Source: Pelodictyon luteolum
Lineage (GTDB): Bacteria > Bacteroidota > Chlorobiia > Chlorobiales > Chlorobiaceae
Length of the DNA stretch: 64,000 nt
NCBI GenBank assembly: GCA_020721225.1
Contig: DYNE01000002.1
Location: 7,728-71,727, forward strand
Direction: 5' to 3'
Both the position numbers and the translations under genes were made by a program. Below are positions 49,716-60,160 of this stretch, piece after piece (positions within the stretch are counted from its first letter, which is position 1; the number at the start of each line of letters is the position of its first letter). A model generated the notes under the pieces. It did no database searches and had not been told where the DNA came from. It saw only the letters and a program-made list of their open reading frames with translations.

Positions 49716-50432
49716 ATGAACCTTCGCTCGCTGCTTTTTTTTCTCATTCTGATTCCCGTCATGTTTATCGGAATGTCGATCGCGCTCATCGTCAGCATGT
49801 TTGAGCGAAGTGGTGATTTTTTTGCCCGCATAGCCTCCTGGTGGGGCCGTTTCAGCGCGGCTCTTTTCGGTATTGCCATTGAGGTAACCGGCAGAGACAA
49901 TTACCGAACGGACAGAAACTACCTTGTCATCAGCAACCACGCGGGCATGGCGGACATTCCGCTGCTGCTGGGGGCCATGAAGCTGAATCTTCGTTTTGTG
50001 GCAAAAGAGGAGTTGGGAAAAATACCGGTGTTCGGATGGGCTCTCAAACGATCGGGTTATGTCATGATCAAACGAGGTCAGAACCGTGAAGCCCTGAAAA
50101 GCCTCCTGACGGTTGCCGATGTCCTCAAAAGCGGAAAGTCCGTGCATATTTTTCCGGAAGGCACCCGGTCGGAAACAGGAAAACTGCTGCCGTTCAAACG
50201 CGGCGCTTTTCTGGTAGCCCAGAAAGGCGGAGTGCCGCTGCTGCCGGTTACCATTATCGGCAGCAACCTGATCACTCCGAAAAAAAGCCTCAGAATCAAT
50301 AAGGGGAAAGTGAAAATGGTTATCGGAAAACCTCTCGACCCATCGCAGTTCAGCAACGTCGAAGCCCTTATGGATGCATCAAGGCGAGAGATCGAAAACA
50401 ATCTCAGGCAGTACGGAGGATCTCAGAACTGA
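49716..50432 (+). CDS. plsC: 1-acyl-sn-glycerol-3-phosphate acyltransferase
   Basis: NHAGMAD (HX4D), FVAKEEL, FPEGTRS, FKRGAF. Confidence 0.9.
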   Translation: MNLRSLLFFLILIPVMFIGMSIALIVSMFERSGDFFARIASWWGRFSAALFGIAIEVTGRDNYRTDRNYLVISNHAGMADIPLLLGAMKLNLRFVAKEELGKIPVFGWALKRSGYVMIKRGQNREALKSLLTVADVLKSGKSVHIFPEGTRSETGKLLPFKRGAFLVAQKGGVPLLPVTIIGSNLITPKKSLRINKGKVKMVIGKPLDPSQFSNVEALMDASRREIENNLRQYGGSQN

Positions 50433-50890
50433 CGGTACAGATTAGCCATTTCCATCGCCGTCATCGCTGCGTCGAACCCTTTGTTGCCGGCTTTGGTGCC
50501 AGCCCTTTCGATTGCCTGTTCAAGATTTTCCGTGGTGAGCACGCCGAACGACACGGGAATCATGGTGTCGAGCGAAACCTGGGCAATCCCTTTGGTCGCT
50601 TCGGCGGCAATGACATCGAAATGAGGGGTTGATCCCCGGATAATCACGCCCAGAGCAATCACGGCATCGGCAGTTCCACTCAGCGCGACTTTTTTCGCTA
50701 CCATCGGAAGCTCAAAAGCTCCGGGGCAACGGTAAACGGTAATCTGCCCTTCGCTGCCGCCATGACGCAGAATGCAGTCAATCGCACCTTCAACCAGCTT
50801 CTGCCCGATAAAATCGTTAAAACGTGAAACCACGAGCGCAAAACGGATATCCTTTGCGCTGAGCGAACCCTCAATCTGTTTTATCTGCAT
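50423..50890 (-). CDS. ribH: 6,7-dimethyl-8-ribityllumazine synthase
   Basis: [31 protein letters not shown]...EQAIERAG. Confidence 0.97.
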   Translation of the reverse strand: MQIKQIEGSLSAKDIRFALVVSRFNDFIGQKLVEGAIDCILRHGGSEGQITVYRCPGAFELPMVAKKVALSGTADAVIALGVIIRGSTPHFDVIAAEATKGIAQVSLDTMIPVSFGVLTTENLEQAIERAGTKAGNKGFDAAMTAMEMANLYRQF

Positions 50891-50920
50891 AACGATATTC
50901 TCTTTATTCTGTTTTTAGCG

Positions 50921-51565
50921 TTACTTCCTGGAGCGGCAATAACCGAGAAGCCGCTCGACAAGATCGATAATGACGTGCCCTATCGTAATATGGCACTCCT
51001 GAACCCTGTCTGCCGAACCTGAATGAGGTACCACAATCGAAAGGTCTGCAACATCTTTTATCATGCCACCATCCCCTCCGGTCAGGGCAATGGTTTTCAT
51101 TCCGTGCCCACGGGCATACTGCAGCACATTGAATACACTTCGACTGTTGCCGCTTGTTGACAGGCCAAGCACAACATCGCCTTCCCGGCCATAGGCTTCG
51201 GCAAGCCGCCGGAAAACCTCGTCATAACCGAGATCGTTTGCCCCTGCCGTCAGAGCCGTCGTATCGGCATTCAAGGCAATTGCCGGCAATGCAGGACGCT
51301 CAACGCTGCTCCGATACCTGATCGTCAGTTCTGTGGCCAGATGCTGCGCATCAGCCGCACTCCCGCCGTTGCCGCAGAGCAGCAGCTTTCCGCCATCCTC
51401 GAAAGTCGATGCGATCAAGCGTGCCATGGCAACAATAACCGCACTGTTCTGCCGGGCCACGTTCTCCTTCAGTCTTGCGCTGTAAAGCATGGTGTCGAGC
51501 ACAACCTCCTCATAAGGCGTTCGGTCAGCCAAACCACCGGCAGTACATCTGCATTTGGGAATCAT
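50921..51565 (-). CDS. gmhA: Sedoheptulose-7-phosphate isomerase
   Basis: [41 protein letters not shown]. Confidence 0.95.
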   Translation of the reverse strand: MIPKCRCTAGGLADRTPYEEVVLDTMLYSARLKENVARQNSAVIVAMARLIASTFEDGGKLLLCGNGGSAADAQHLATELTIRYRSSVERPALPAIALNADTTALTAGANDLGYDEVFRRLAEAYGREGDVVLGLSTSGNSRSVFNVLQYARGHGMKTIALTGGDGGMIKDVADLSIVVPHSGSADRVQECHITIGHVIIDLVERLLGYCRSRK

Positions 51566-51754
51566 AACAAACAGTTTAATACATGGACGAGTTCAAAAGC
51601 AAACCAATATAACGAAAAAACAGGCGCTCCGCTACTGAGGCAACAAAGACAGCAATACCGCACAGTGCTGTGGCAACGGAACTTTTACCCCCGGCTTTTT
51701 TTTAAAGATTGCAGGAACAACTCTCCAGGCAACCCTCTTGAAGCATCTGCCGTC

Positions 51755-52588
51755 ATGAAAAACATACTCGTGCCGACCGATTTTTCCTCACATGCCATGG
51801 CGGCTTTTGAAACCGCCGTCTCGCTGTCTCGCAGAACAGGAGCACAGGTGCGCCTTTACCATGTGATTGAAGTTCCCGAAATTGCAGAGATGCATGAGCT
51901 GATGGCATGGAGGGAATCCGGCGAAAACGGAAGCATGGAGAGTGCAGACGGGATGCTTCGTCAACTGGTAACGAACGAAGCGTATAACGATATCCGCCCC
52001 GTATACTCCATCGATTACGGAACCCCTCACAAAAGCATCAGCGCGAAGGCTGCCGAAGAAGGATTCGACCTTGTGGTCATCGGAAGCCATGGCGTGAGCA
52101 GAATCGACAAAATTATTTTCGGGTCGACCACGGAAAAAGTCATCCGAAATACGCTCTGCCCTGTACTGACCATCAACGATACGATTTCCTGTTTCCTGCC
52201 CTCGACTATCGTCTTCTGTGCCGGCATTCCTGCAGAGCAGGCTTGCGGACTTGAGACCGTCAAATCGATTGCACTGCTCTACGATGCCGTGATTCACATC
52301 GTAAAAGTCTCGACGCCAGAGCATTTCGAAACCACCCGGGAGTCACGGATGGCTATGAAAACCTTAGCCGAAACAAACAAACTGCCGCACTACACCCTGA
52401 ACCACTACAACGACCGGAGCATCGAGGAAGGCCTTAAGCATTTTTCTGAAGACATCAGCGCCGACCTGATCTGTATGCCGACACACGGCACATCGGGGAT
52501 TCGGCACCTCTTCAGAAAAAGTGTAACCGGGAACATGACCAGACAGATCGCCATTCCGGTTCTTACCTGCAGGATACCGGAAACATGA
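51755..52588 (+). CDS. Tandem universal stress protein
   Basis: MKNILVPTDFS, VVIGSHG...IFGSTTEKVIR...CPVL, second degenerate USP domain; start ATG 51755. Confidence 0.9.
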   Translation: MKNILVPTDFSSHAMAAFETAVSLSRRTGAQVRLYHVIEVPEIAEMHELMAWRESGENGSMESADGMLRQLVTNEAYNDIRPVYSIDYGTPHKSISAKAAEEGFDLVVIGSHGVSRIDKIIFGSTTEKVIRNTLCPVLTINDTISCFLPSTIVFCAGIPAEQACGLETVKSIALLYDAVIHIVKVSTPEHFETTRESRMAMKTLAETNKLPHYTLNHYNDRSIEEGLKHFSEDISADLICMPTHGTSGIRHLFRKSVTGNMTRQIAIPVLTCRIPET

Positions 52589-52611
52589 GATACCCCCACC
52601 CGTAATCCGTC

Positions 52612-53442
52612 TCAACCGCCCTTCGTTGTCCCGGAAAGCCTGCGGCCGCAGACACGGCAATAGAGGGCATCGGTATCGTGCACGACATCGGGACACGACG
52701 GGCAGGAACGGCTCCTGCTGCTTCTGCCGCGCATCGACGACATTTCCGAAGAAACGATGCCGGTAGGAACCGCAATGATGCTGTAACCGGTTATCATCAG
52801 AAGTGCTGCAAGAAACCTTCCTGCCGGAGTCTGCGGAGAGATATCCCCGTACCCGACGGTAGTTACGGTGACAATTGCCCAGTAGATACTTTCGGGAATG
52901 CTCCGGAAACCATTTTCAGGCCCCTCGATCATATACATGATCGCACCGACGATACTGACGAGTACCAGAACAAAAAAAAGAAAAACCATGATTTTCCTGC
53001 CAGACGCCCTGATGGAGGCGGTTACGAAGTCGGCTTCCCTGACATAAGCCATAAGCTTGAGAAGCCTGAAAATCCTGAGCACCCTGAAAAAGCGGACGAT
53101 AAGAAAATATTGTGCCCCCGGATACAGAATGCTGAAATAGGTCGGCAGAATGGAGAGAAGGTCGATGAGACCGAAAAAGCTTGTCGCGTAACGCACCCGG
53201 CTCTTTGCAGCATAGAGGCGCAGAAAATATTCCAGCGTAAACAGCACGGTAAAAAACCATTCAAGAACATAGAGCGGCCCTCCATAAAGTTTGTGCAGCG
53301 AAGCAACGCTGTCGAGCATCACAACGAGGACACTTGCGCAGATAGCACCGATAAGGCCCAGATCGAACAGCTTGGAGGGAATGGTGGTGCTGTCGAAAAT
53401 AATATGCCTGGCAACCTCCCTGAATGTTCTTTTTGCCGCCAT
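52612..53442 (-). CDS. Voltage-gated-type K+ channel (ion transporter)
   Basis: S4-like RFFRVLRIFRLLK, TVTTVGYGD selectivity filter, C-terminal CxxC...CxxC. Confidence 0.92.
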   Translation of the reverse strand: MAAKRTFREVARHIIFDSTTIPSKLFDLGLIGAICASVLVVMLDSVASLHKLYGGPLYVLEWFFTVLFTLEYFLRLYAAKSRVRYATSFFGLIDLLSILPTYFSILYPGAQYFLIVRFFRVLRIFRLLKLMAYVREADFVTASIRASGRKIMVFLFFVLVLVSIVGAIMYMIEGPENGFRSIPESIYWAIVTVTTVGYGDISPQTPAGRFLAALLMITGYSIIAVPTGIVSSEMSSMRGRSSRSRSCPSCPDVVHDTDALYCRVCGRRLSGTTKGG

Positions 53443-53529
53443 GATACTCTGCCAGAAATAATTCACAGATAAAGAAAAGCCTGTATATCTATAATAAGCA
53501 AGAAAATCTTTCAGAGGAGGTCCGCCGGC

Positions 53530-53568
53530 AAAAAAAACTCCGCCTGACGAGCAGCATCAGACGGAGTT
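53530..53568 (-). terminator. Terminator after hemE
   Basis: aaaaaaaactccg-cctga...tcag-a-cggagtt hairpin with a U-tract on the minus strand. Confidence 0.6.
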
Positions 53569-53593
53569 CGAGAGAGATGATGGAATAAGAGCC

Positions 53594-54649
53594 TTAATGG
53601 TACCTGGCGCTCTCTTCCTTGACGAATTCGACAAGAAGCTTCAGGTTGGCCGGATCGACATCGGGAAGAATACCATGTCCGAGGTTGAAAACATGACCTG
53701 AGGTTTCGGTGTGCTGACCGAACTGTTTCAGGACTTTTGCTGCTTCCGACTTGATCTTTTCAGGGGTGCCGTAGAGCACTGTCGGATCGAGATTACCCTG
53801 CAGGGCGACTCGATCCTTGAGCTCGGCACGGGCTTTTGCAATATCTATGCCCCATCCAAGACCCATGGCATCGCAGCCGGTATCGGCGATATCGGAAAGA
53901 ATGGTGTTGCAGTCTTTCGAAAAAACGATAACCGGAATATCGGGGTACTTCGCCTTGACAGCCTGAACGTTCTGCTTGATGTAGGGAAGAGCGAATTCAC
54001 GATAATCGTCCTCGGAAAGAGCACTTGCCCATGAGTCGAAAATCTGGATTGCGTCGGCACCGGCCTCGACCTGCTTGAGGAGATAGGCGCTGATGGTTTC
54101 GGAAATCTTGCCGAGAAGAAGATGGGCCATCTGCGGCTCGCGGTACATCATTTTCTTGGCAAAAGCGTAGTTCTTCGATCCGCCGCCTTCTACAGCATAG
54201 GTAAAGAGCGTCCATGCCGCACCTGAAAAACCGATAAGCGGAACGCGGTTGTCGAGTTCTCTCTTGGTAAGACGAAGGGCGTCCATCACATAGCCGAGTT
54301 TCTCATCGATATCGGGCACGATGAGCTTGTCGATATCTGCCTTGCTGCGGATGACAGGAGAAAGCTTGATTCCTTTTGTCTCGATAATCTCGACATTCAT
54401 TCCCATGGCTTCATTGATCACAAGAATGTCGGAAAAGATGATTGCGGCATCGACACCCATCAGATCAACGGGCTGAATGGTTACCTCGGCGGCCAATTCA
54501 GGCGTTTTGCAAAGGGTTAAAAAGTCAGTTTTTTCCCTGACTGCCCGATACTCCGGAAGATAGCGACCGGCCTGTCTCATCACCCAGATAGGCGTCCTGG
54601 AACAGGGCTGACGCTTCAATGCCCGGAGAAATAGATCATTTTTGAGCAT
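53594..54649 (-). CDS. hemE: Uroporphyrinogen decarboxylase
   Basis: PIWVMRQAGRYLPEYR, DAAIIFSDIL, QIFDSW, QGNLDP, FNLGHGI. Confidence 0.98.
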   Translation of the reverse strand: MLKNDLFLRALKRQPCSRTPIWVMRQAGRYLPEYRAVREKTDFLTLCKTPELAAEVTIQPVDLMGVDAAIIFSDILVINEAMGMNVEIIETKGIKLSPVIRSKADIDKLIVPDIDEKLGYVMDALRLTKRELDNRVPLIGFSGAAWTLFTYAVEGGGSKNYAFAKKMMYREPQMAHLLLGKISETISAYLLKQVEAGADAIQIFDSWASALSEDDYREFALPYIKQNVQAVKAKYPDIPVIVFSKDCNTILSDIADTGCDAMGLGWGIDIAKARAELKDRVALQGNLDPTVLYGTPEKIKSEAAKVLKQFGQHTETSGHVFNLGHGILPDVDPANLKLLVEFVKEESARYH

Positions 54650-54823
54650 GCAATGCAATAATTTGAGATGTTAAAAAAACAGTACCCCGCTGTTACTCCC
54701 GGGAGTGCCGGCTCAGACGGTTTTGTAAAATGGCAAAGCTACATTTTTTTAGCCTTATTTGAAAACCTTTCATGAAAAGCCGGCATGATCTCCCCCGCCT
54801 GGTGCAGGAGAGAGATGATTCCT

Positions 54824-55687
54824 TCAGCTTACGATATGCCGTTTGATTCCAAGCTGTTTATCCGTATAACCCAGTGCCAGACCTACCATTTCGGAAAGAT
54901 GGAAAACAGGAATGGAGCTCTGAATATGAGCCTGCTTCAGGGCTTTTGCCTGATATCCGTCAAGAACCGTATGACAGAGCGGGCATGGCGTAACGATAAA
55001 ATCGGCTTTTATCTGAATAGCCTCTTCAAGCGCTTCGGCAGCCACATTGAGAGATTCCTCTTCGGCTACCAGTAGCGTATGAAAACCACAGCAGCGGTTT
55101 TTATGTTCATAGGGGAGCGAGGTTCCGCCCAGCGCCTCGATCAGTTTGTCCAGTGAACTCGGATCGAGCGGGTCATCCTTTCCGAGAACCGTCGAGGGTC
55201 TGAGAATGTGACAGCCGTAAAACGGAGCTATCCTGTACTTGTTCAATGGAACCCTGACTTTTTGCCGGATAGCTTCAAACCCGACATCTTCGGCAAGCAC
55301 CCAGAGAAGATGACGAACATTCGAGGTTCCCTTGTACTCCAGTCCCTCTTTTTTCAGAAGGTCGTTAACCTCTTTTTTAAGGTCAGGCGATTCATCGAGC
55401 TTTTTCTTGGCCGTACGGATGGTCATCAGACATGTGTTGCAGGAAACGACAAGATCAAGACCGAGTTTTTCGGCAAGGGCTATATTGCGGCCGTTGACCA
55501 GCGCAAAATGTTTCGGGCTCACGTAATCGAGGTTGCTCCCCCCGCAACAGGTGCTCTCGTGCAGTTTCACCATTTCGATGCCGAGATCATTCTGCCAGAG
55601 ATCGATGGAACGATCGACCTCTTTAGTCATGGATTCGTTAATACAGCTCAGGTAGTAAGCGTACCTCTTCATACTGCGGTTCTCCAC
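54824..55687 (-). CDS. CCG-domain (HdrB/SdhE-like) subunit of succinate dehydrogenase/fumarate reductase
   Basis: Y.SC...TCCG, SCNTC; second repeat YGCH...RCCG, PCPLC. Confidence 0.9.
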   Translation of the reverse strand: MENRSMKRYAYYLSCINESMTKEVDRSIDLWQNDLGIEMVKLHESTCCGGSNLDYVSPKHFALVNGRNIALAEKLGLDLVVSCNTCLMTIRTAKKKLDESPDLKKEVNDLLKKEGLEYKGTSNVRHLLWVLAEDVGFEAIRQKVRVPLNKYRIAPFYGCHILRPSTVLGKDDPLDPSSLDKLIEALGGTSLPYEHKNRCCGFHTLLVAEEESLNVAAEALEEAIQIKADFIVTPCPLCHTVLDGYQAKALKQAHIQSSIPVFHLSEMVGLALGYTDKQLGIKRHIVS

Positions 55688-55689
55688 GG

Positions 55690-56724
55690 TTATTTTTTAT
55701 GAGATTTCTGTTCCGCTTTGACGTGTTCCGTCATCTCCCTGAACAGCTCTCTGAATTTTTTCATCCCTTTGGCCGGCTTGACCAGCGGCGGAGGTGGCGG
55801 TGTTCTGCGTTTCATAATCATCTTCATCGCCATCGGCAGAAGGTTCTGCAACGTCCAGGCAATACCGTTCGTCCGGATAGGCAGGGTGGCCTCGACGAGC
55901 TTGCCCTTCTTTTCAATATCCTCCATGAAAGCTTCGGCATGCTTCGCTCCGCTCGTGTCCCTGGCTCCCCTTACTTCAAGAGCGTCTTCACGAATGCCGT
56001 GAATGGCATCCATGATGGGAATATGTTTCACGCAGGTCTCCTGACAGCGGTAACAGTGCGTGCAGTCCCATACCCCGTGATCCTTCACCAGTTCCCCGAG
56101 ACGCACGTCATGAATGGCATCACGACTGTCCACGTTCATCCGGTAAGACTTCAGAAGAACCGCCGGCGAAACGTACTCCTTGTGCGCTCTGAGAATGGTG
56201 CACTCGGAAACGCAGGATGCACAGAGAATACAGTCAGTTGCCTTGTCATACTTCAGGAACTCCTCTTCGGAAACCAGGAACTCCTTTTTGCCCATGTCGT
56301 GCTCGGGCATTCTGGACTCGACCCAGTTTGAATAGTGCTTCATCTTGTCAACAAGAGGATCCATATCGACAATGAGATCCTTGATAAGCGGCATATTGCG
56401 CAACGGCTCGATCTTGATGACGCCCGGCTCACGGGCTTTTTCGAGTTCATCCCACACCTGGGTAGTACAGGCGAGTTTCGATATGCCGTTGATCCGCATG
56501 CCGCATGAACCGCAGATGCCTGCCTGGCAAAAAGCCCTGAAACTCACCGAAGCATCGACATGCTCCTTGATATAATTTAGAGAACGAAGAACCGTGATAC
56601 CTTTTTCAGTCTGTATCGTATAGTCGTCAAAGTACGGCTTGCTGTCTACCTGCGGGTTAAAACGGAAGACCCTGAGGGTTATATCTCTTTTCTCTTCCTT
56701 ATGCAGTTCTGTGACTCCTGTCAT
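55690..56724 (-). CDS. sdhB: Succinate dehydrogenase/fumarate reductase Fe-S subunit
   Basis: FCQAGICGSC...LAC, CILCASCVSEC, CTHCYRCQETC. Confidence 0.93.
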   Translation of the reverse strand: MTGVTELHKEEKRDITLRVFRFNPQVDSKPYFDDYTIQTEKGITVLRSLNYIKEHVDASVSFRAFCQAGICGSCGMRINGISKLACTTQVWDELEKAREPGVIKIEPLRNMPLIKDLIVDMDPLVDKMKHYSNWVESRMPEHDMGKKEFLVSEEEFLKYDKATDCILCASCVSECTILRAHKEYVSPAVLLKSYRMNVDSRDAIHDVRLGELVKDHGVWDCTHCYRCQETCVKHIPIMDAIHGIREDALEVRGARDTSGAKHAEAFMEDIEKKGKLVEATLPIRTNGIAWTLQNLLPMAMKMIMKRRTPPPPPLVKPAKGMKKFRELFREMTEHVKAEQKSHKK

Positions 56725-56735
56725 ATAGAGTAATG

Positions 56736-58439
56736 TTAATAAGTTCTTTCCTGAAGTTCGTACCGCCCCATGATCACAGGCTTTTCTCCCAGCCTCACGC
56801 TATCACCGTCAAGAGTAGCAAGAGTATGCTTATGCCATTTCTCATCATCCCTTACCGGAAAATCGGTACGGGTATGCGAACCACGACTCTCTTCACGGGC
56901 AAGTGCACCTGCAGCAACAGTTTCTGCAAGATCGAGCATATTTTTCAGTTCGAGAACCTGAAGAAGATTGGTATTGTACACATCGCTGGTATCGAAAACG
57001 CGAACATGCCTGAAACGCTCCCTGAGGTCATGAATCTCGGCAATACCTTTATGAATCTTGGAGGCCTCCCGATAGATGCCGACGTTATTGGCCAAAGTCT
57101 GCCCGAGCTCTTCACGCAACGCGCCGTACCGCTCAAAATGACCGGATGGCTGCATATAACTTCTGAGCAGGGCTTCGGTATCCCTGACCTCCTGTTCGGT
57201 GATTTGCGAAGGCTCGAATTTACGAGCCTCCTCTGCGGCTGCCCGTCCGGCTATGCGACCGAACACAAGAATATCGAGAAGAGAGTTACCTCCGAGACGA
57301 TTGGCTCCATGAACGGATACACAGGCACTCTCACCGGCTGAATAAACGCCGTCCATAACGGTCCTGCCAAAATTGTCGGTATCGATGCCGCCCATCGAGT
57401 AGTGAGCTGTCGGCCTTACCGGAATAGGCTCCTCGATAGGATCAACGCCCTCGAAGTACATCGACATCTCCCGAATCTGCGGAAGCCTTGATTTGATCAG
57501 ATCGGCGCCGAGATGCGTAAGGTCGAGATGAATATATTTACCTGCCGGGCTGTCAAAACCCCTTCCCTGCAGAATCTCGGTTTCAAGAGAACGGGAAACA
57601 AGATCCCTTGGCCCGAGTTCCATCTTTTCCGGAGCGTATCTCGACATGAAGCGTTCGCCATCCTTGTTGATCAGATAACCACCCTCACCCCTTGCTCCTT
57701 CAGTGACAAGAAGGCCGCTTTTGCGGAGCCCTGTCGGGTGAAACTGTACAAACTCCATATCCTTCAGGGGAATACCTGCTCGATAGGCGATTGCCTGACC
57801 GTCACCGGTATTGCCCGCAGCGTTGCTTGACCGGTTCCAGTACATCTTGGCATAGCCGCCTGTTGCCAAAATCACGGTTCTGGCAGGGAATGCCTCGACT
57901 TTTCCGGTCTTGATGTTCATGGCAACAAGACCTTTCATGCGGCTGCCATTGACGGACAGATTCAGTGCGAAATATTCGTTGAAGAAAAAAACGCCTTTTT
58001 TGAGGCACTGTTCATATAAGGTCTGCAGAATCGTATGGCCGGTCTTGTCGGCACAGTAACAGCATCGGGGTCTTCCCGCTCCGCCGAAAGGACGCTGTGC
58101 GATCGTGTTATCGTCAAGCCTTGACCAGGGAGTGCCTATGTTGTCAAGCTCCCGGATGATTTTCGGAGCTTCGGAACAGAGAATCTCAACGGCGTCCTGA
58201 TCCGCGAGATAATCGCTCCCCTTGATGGTATCGAAAATATGCAGTTCCACCGTATCATCCTTCGCTTTGTTGGCAAGAGCAGCATTGGCTCCGCCCTGGG
58301 CTGCCGAAGTATGGGAGCGGTTCGGATACACTTTGGAAAGCACGGCAATATTGAGTGATGGATTGGTTTTCATGGCCTCCATAGCCGCGTATAAACCGGC
58401 GCCACCTCCTCCGACGATAACAATATCAAATGGTTTCAT
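56736..58439 (-). CDS. sdhA: Succinate dehydrogenase/fumarate reductase flavoprotein
   Basis: GGGGAG, RSHTSAAQGG, QFHPTG, TEGARGEGG, HYSMGGI, HGANRLGGNSL, RE.SRG.H. Confidence 0.96.
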   Translation of the reverse strand: MKPFDIVIVGGGGAGLYAAMEAMKTNPSLNIAVLSKVYPNRSHTSAAQGGANAALANKAKDDTVELHIFDTIKGSDYLADQDAVEILCSEAPKIIRELDNIGTPWSRLDDNTIAQRPFGGAGRPRCCYCADKTGHTILQTLYEQCLKKGVFFFNEYFALNLSVNGSRMKGLVAMNIKTGKVEAFPARTVILATGGYAKMYWNRSSNAAGNTGDGQAIAYRAGIPLKDMEFVQFHPTGLRKSGLLVTEGARGEGGYLINKDGERFMSRYAPEKMELGPRDLVSRSLETEILQGRGFDSPAGKYIHLDLTHLGADLIKSRLPQIREMSMYFEGVDPIEEPIPVRPTAHYSMGGIDTDNFGRTVMDGVYSAGESACVSVHGANRLGGNSLLDILVFGRIAGRAAAEEARKFEPSQITEQEVRDTEALLRSYMQPSGHFERYGALREELGQTLANNVGIYREASKIHKGIAEIHDLRERFRHVRVFDTSDVYNTNLLQVLELKNMLDLAETVAAGALAREESRGSHTRTDFPVRDDEKWHKHTLATLDGDSVRLGEKPVIMGRYELQERTY

Positions 58440-58561
58440 ACGTTCTTTTCTCGTTATGAAATCTGTACAACAGATTCAGGATTATACGTAGGGCAGCGAA
58501 AAGTCGTACCCTGCAGGTTGAAATGATGTCTCTTGTGAAAAGAGGTAAGAGAACCGGGCGG

Positions 58562-59008
58562 TTATAACGCTATGTGGTCGTCATGAATCGGAAGTTCCTC
58601 GACAGCCTGAAGAACATCGGTCATATTCAGTACGCCTATCACTTTATTCCCTTCCATAACGGTCAGCCGTCTGACATTGGTTCTTTTCATCAGACGAAGT
58701 GCGTACTTCACCCTGAGTTCAGGATTGATACTGATAATCGGCTTGCTCATGATCTGAAAAACCGGTGTATTCCAGGGATCGCGATGCACATCTTCTCCGG
58801 GATCTATGACTTTTTCCAGAATATCCTTTTCGGTCACAATGCCGTAACAGTCGTCTTCATTGCGAGGCTCTACAATAAGGCCGCTCTGTTTCGTCCGCTT
58901 CATGATCTGCAGAGCCTCGGCAACCGTACAACTGCCCTTGATCATCTGAAAATCTTTCTGCATCAATGCCGATATCGGAAGAGTCCGCAGGGTTATAAGC
59001 TGATCCAT
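58562..59008 (-). CDS. Stand-alone CBS-pair protein
   Basis: Two CBS repeats: [35 protein letters not shown]. Confidence 0.9.
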   Translation of the reverse strand: MDQLITLRTLPISALMQKDFQMIKGSCTVAEALQIMKRTKQSGLIVEPRNEDDCYGIVTEKDILEKVIDPGEDVHRDPWNTPVFQIMSKPIISINPELRVKYALRLMKRTNVRRLTVMEGNKVIGVLNMTDVLQAVEELPIHDDHIAL

Positions 59009-59189
59009 AGAAGTTCCTTCTGATTAAAAAAAGGACGATACGCCCCTTATTATTGGAAAATACGGCGGCTCCGGGTGAGCGCCGGGACTATGTCTGAAAA
59101 AAGCTGAATAAGGAAGGATGGCCGTAAAAAGCCAAAAGAGCGAAAAATGAAACTGAATAATATAAAAATCAGCACACAGGACACAAAAA

Positions 59190-59831
59190 TTATTTTATCC
59201 CATTAGCTTTTTTATAAGCAGGCCAGTTGTTTTTCAGGAAAAGAAATGCCTCGAAATCCGACTGAAGAAGAAAAGGATTGGCCCCCTTTTCTTCAGCAAG
59301 AGTGGAGTGTGGACGTTCGCCGTAATCATGTCCGGGATAGACCGTCGTAGCAAGGGGCAGCTGCAGGATCTTGCCTTGCAGTGATTCGTACTCCTCTTTT
59401 GCCTCTTCGTCGGTACAGGTGCCTCCAACCTTTCCGGTAAAAAGAGTATCACCGGTAAAAAGCGCACCCCCGACATAGAGGCAAATGGAGTCCCGGGTAT
59501 GACCCGGTGTATGCATTATTTGAACCTCAAGGCTGCCGAGAGGCAAAACCGCTCCATCCTCTACCCTGACCCCTGTAACCGGACAGGTATCCCCGTAAAG
59601 CAGCGGTTTGAGACCGGTCAGCAGCTCCATCTGTTCGTTGCCGTTCGTATGATCGGCATGGCCGTGCGTGGAAAATACATAGCGGATGCGATATCCCTGC
59701 CGAACCGCGTATTCGAAAATGGAACGCGGATCGTAGGAAGCATCGACGACCAGGGCGTCTCCGGAGGTTTCATCGGCTGCAAGATAGCCGAAATTTCTGT
59801 CGCCTCCTGTACGGAACTGCTTGACAAACAT
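59190..59831 (-). CDS. Metallo-beta-lactamase fold hydrolase (glyoxalase II / ETHE1-like)
   Basis: THGHADH, HTPGHT, FTGDTLF, VYPGHDY. Confidence 0.9.
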   Translation of the reverse strand: MFVKQFRTGGDRNFGYLAADETSGDALVVDASYDPRSIFEYAVRQGYRIRYVFSTHGHADHTNGNEQMELLTGLKPLLYGDTCPVTGVRVEDGAVLPLGSLEVQIMHTPGHTRDSICLYVGGALFTGDTLFTGKVGGTCTDEEAKEEYESLQGKILQLPLATTVYPGHDYGERPHSTLAEEKGANPFLLQSDFEAFLFLKNNWPAYKKANGIK

Positions 59832-59851
59832 AAAGGTATAATCAATGCCCT

Positions 59852-60160
59852 TCAGGCGGTTTTTTCAACATTCATGAGGAATGCCCTTGCAGGGAAATCC
59901 CTGTCTACGGCAATAGGATTCCGTTCCAGTTCCTCCATGATAGCATCTGCCTTGTCGTCATCGAGCACGGCAAAGCAGAGTGAGGAATAGGTGCCGATCA
60001 TCTCGTCAGAGGGCCACCATGGCTGCTGAGCCCCTTCTTTCCTGTCACAGTTACAACCCCTGATGGATACGTTGCTGAACATATGCACCTGAAACCTTCT
60101 GAAAAGACCGCGTACCATCGGACGGGTCTCCTCATGTCCCATAATAGCTATGAATTTCAT
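59852..60160 (-). CDS. Small PII-like / transporter-associated protein
   Basis: 102 aa, beta-alpha-beta pattern ending RAFLMNVEK; stop/start overlap with the RND gene. Confidence 0.6.
   Translation of the reverse strand: MKFIAIMGHEETRPMVRGLFRRFQVHMFSNVSIRGCNCDRKEGAQQPWWPSDEMIGTYSSLCFAVLDDDKADAIMEELERNPIAVDRDFPARAFLMNVEKTA

Noticed and set aside
50423-50432. Convergent 3' overlaps (plsC/ribH 10 bp; usp/znuB 26 bp)
   Set aside because: Short convergent overlaps are common in compact genomes, with no sign of a special function.
51341-51754. N-terminal 138 aa of the 415-aa ORF 51341..52588
   Set aside because: It overlaps gmhA antisense and the intergenic DNA; the real USP begins at MKNILVPTDFS (51755).
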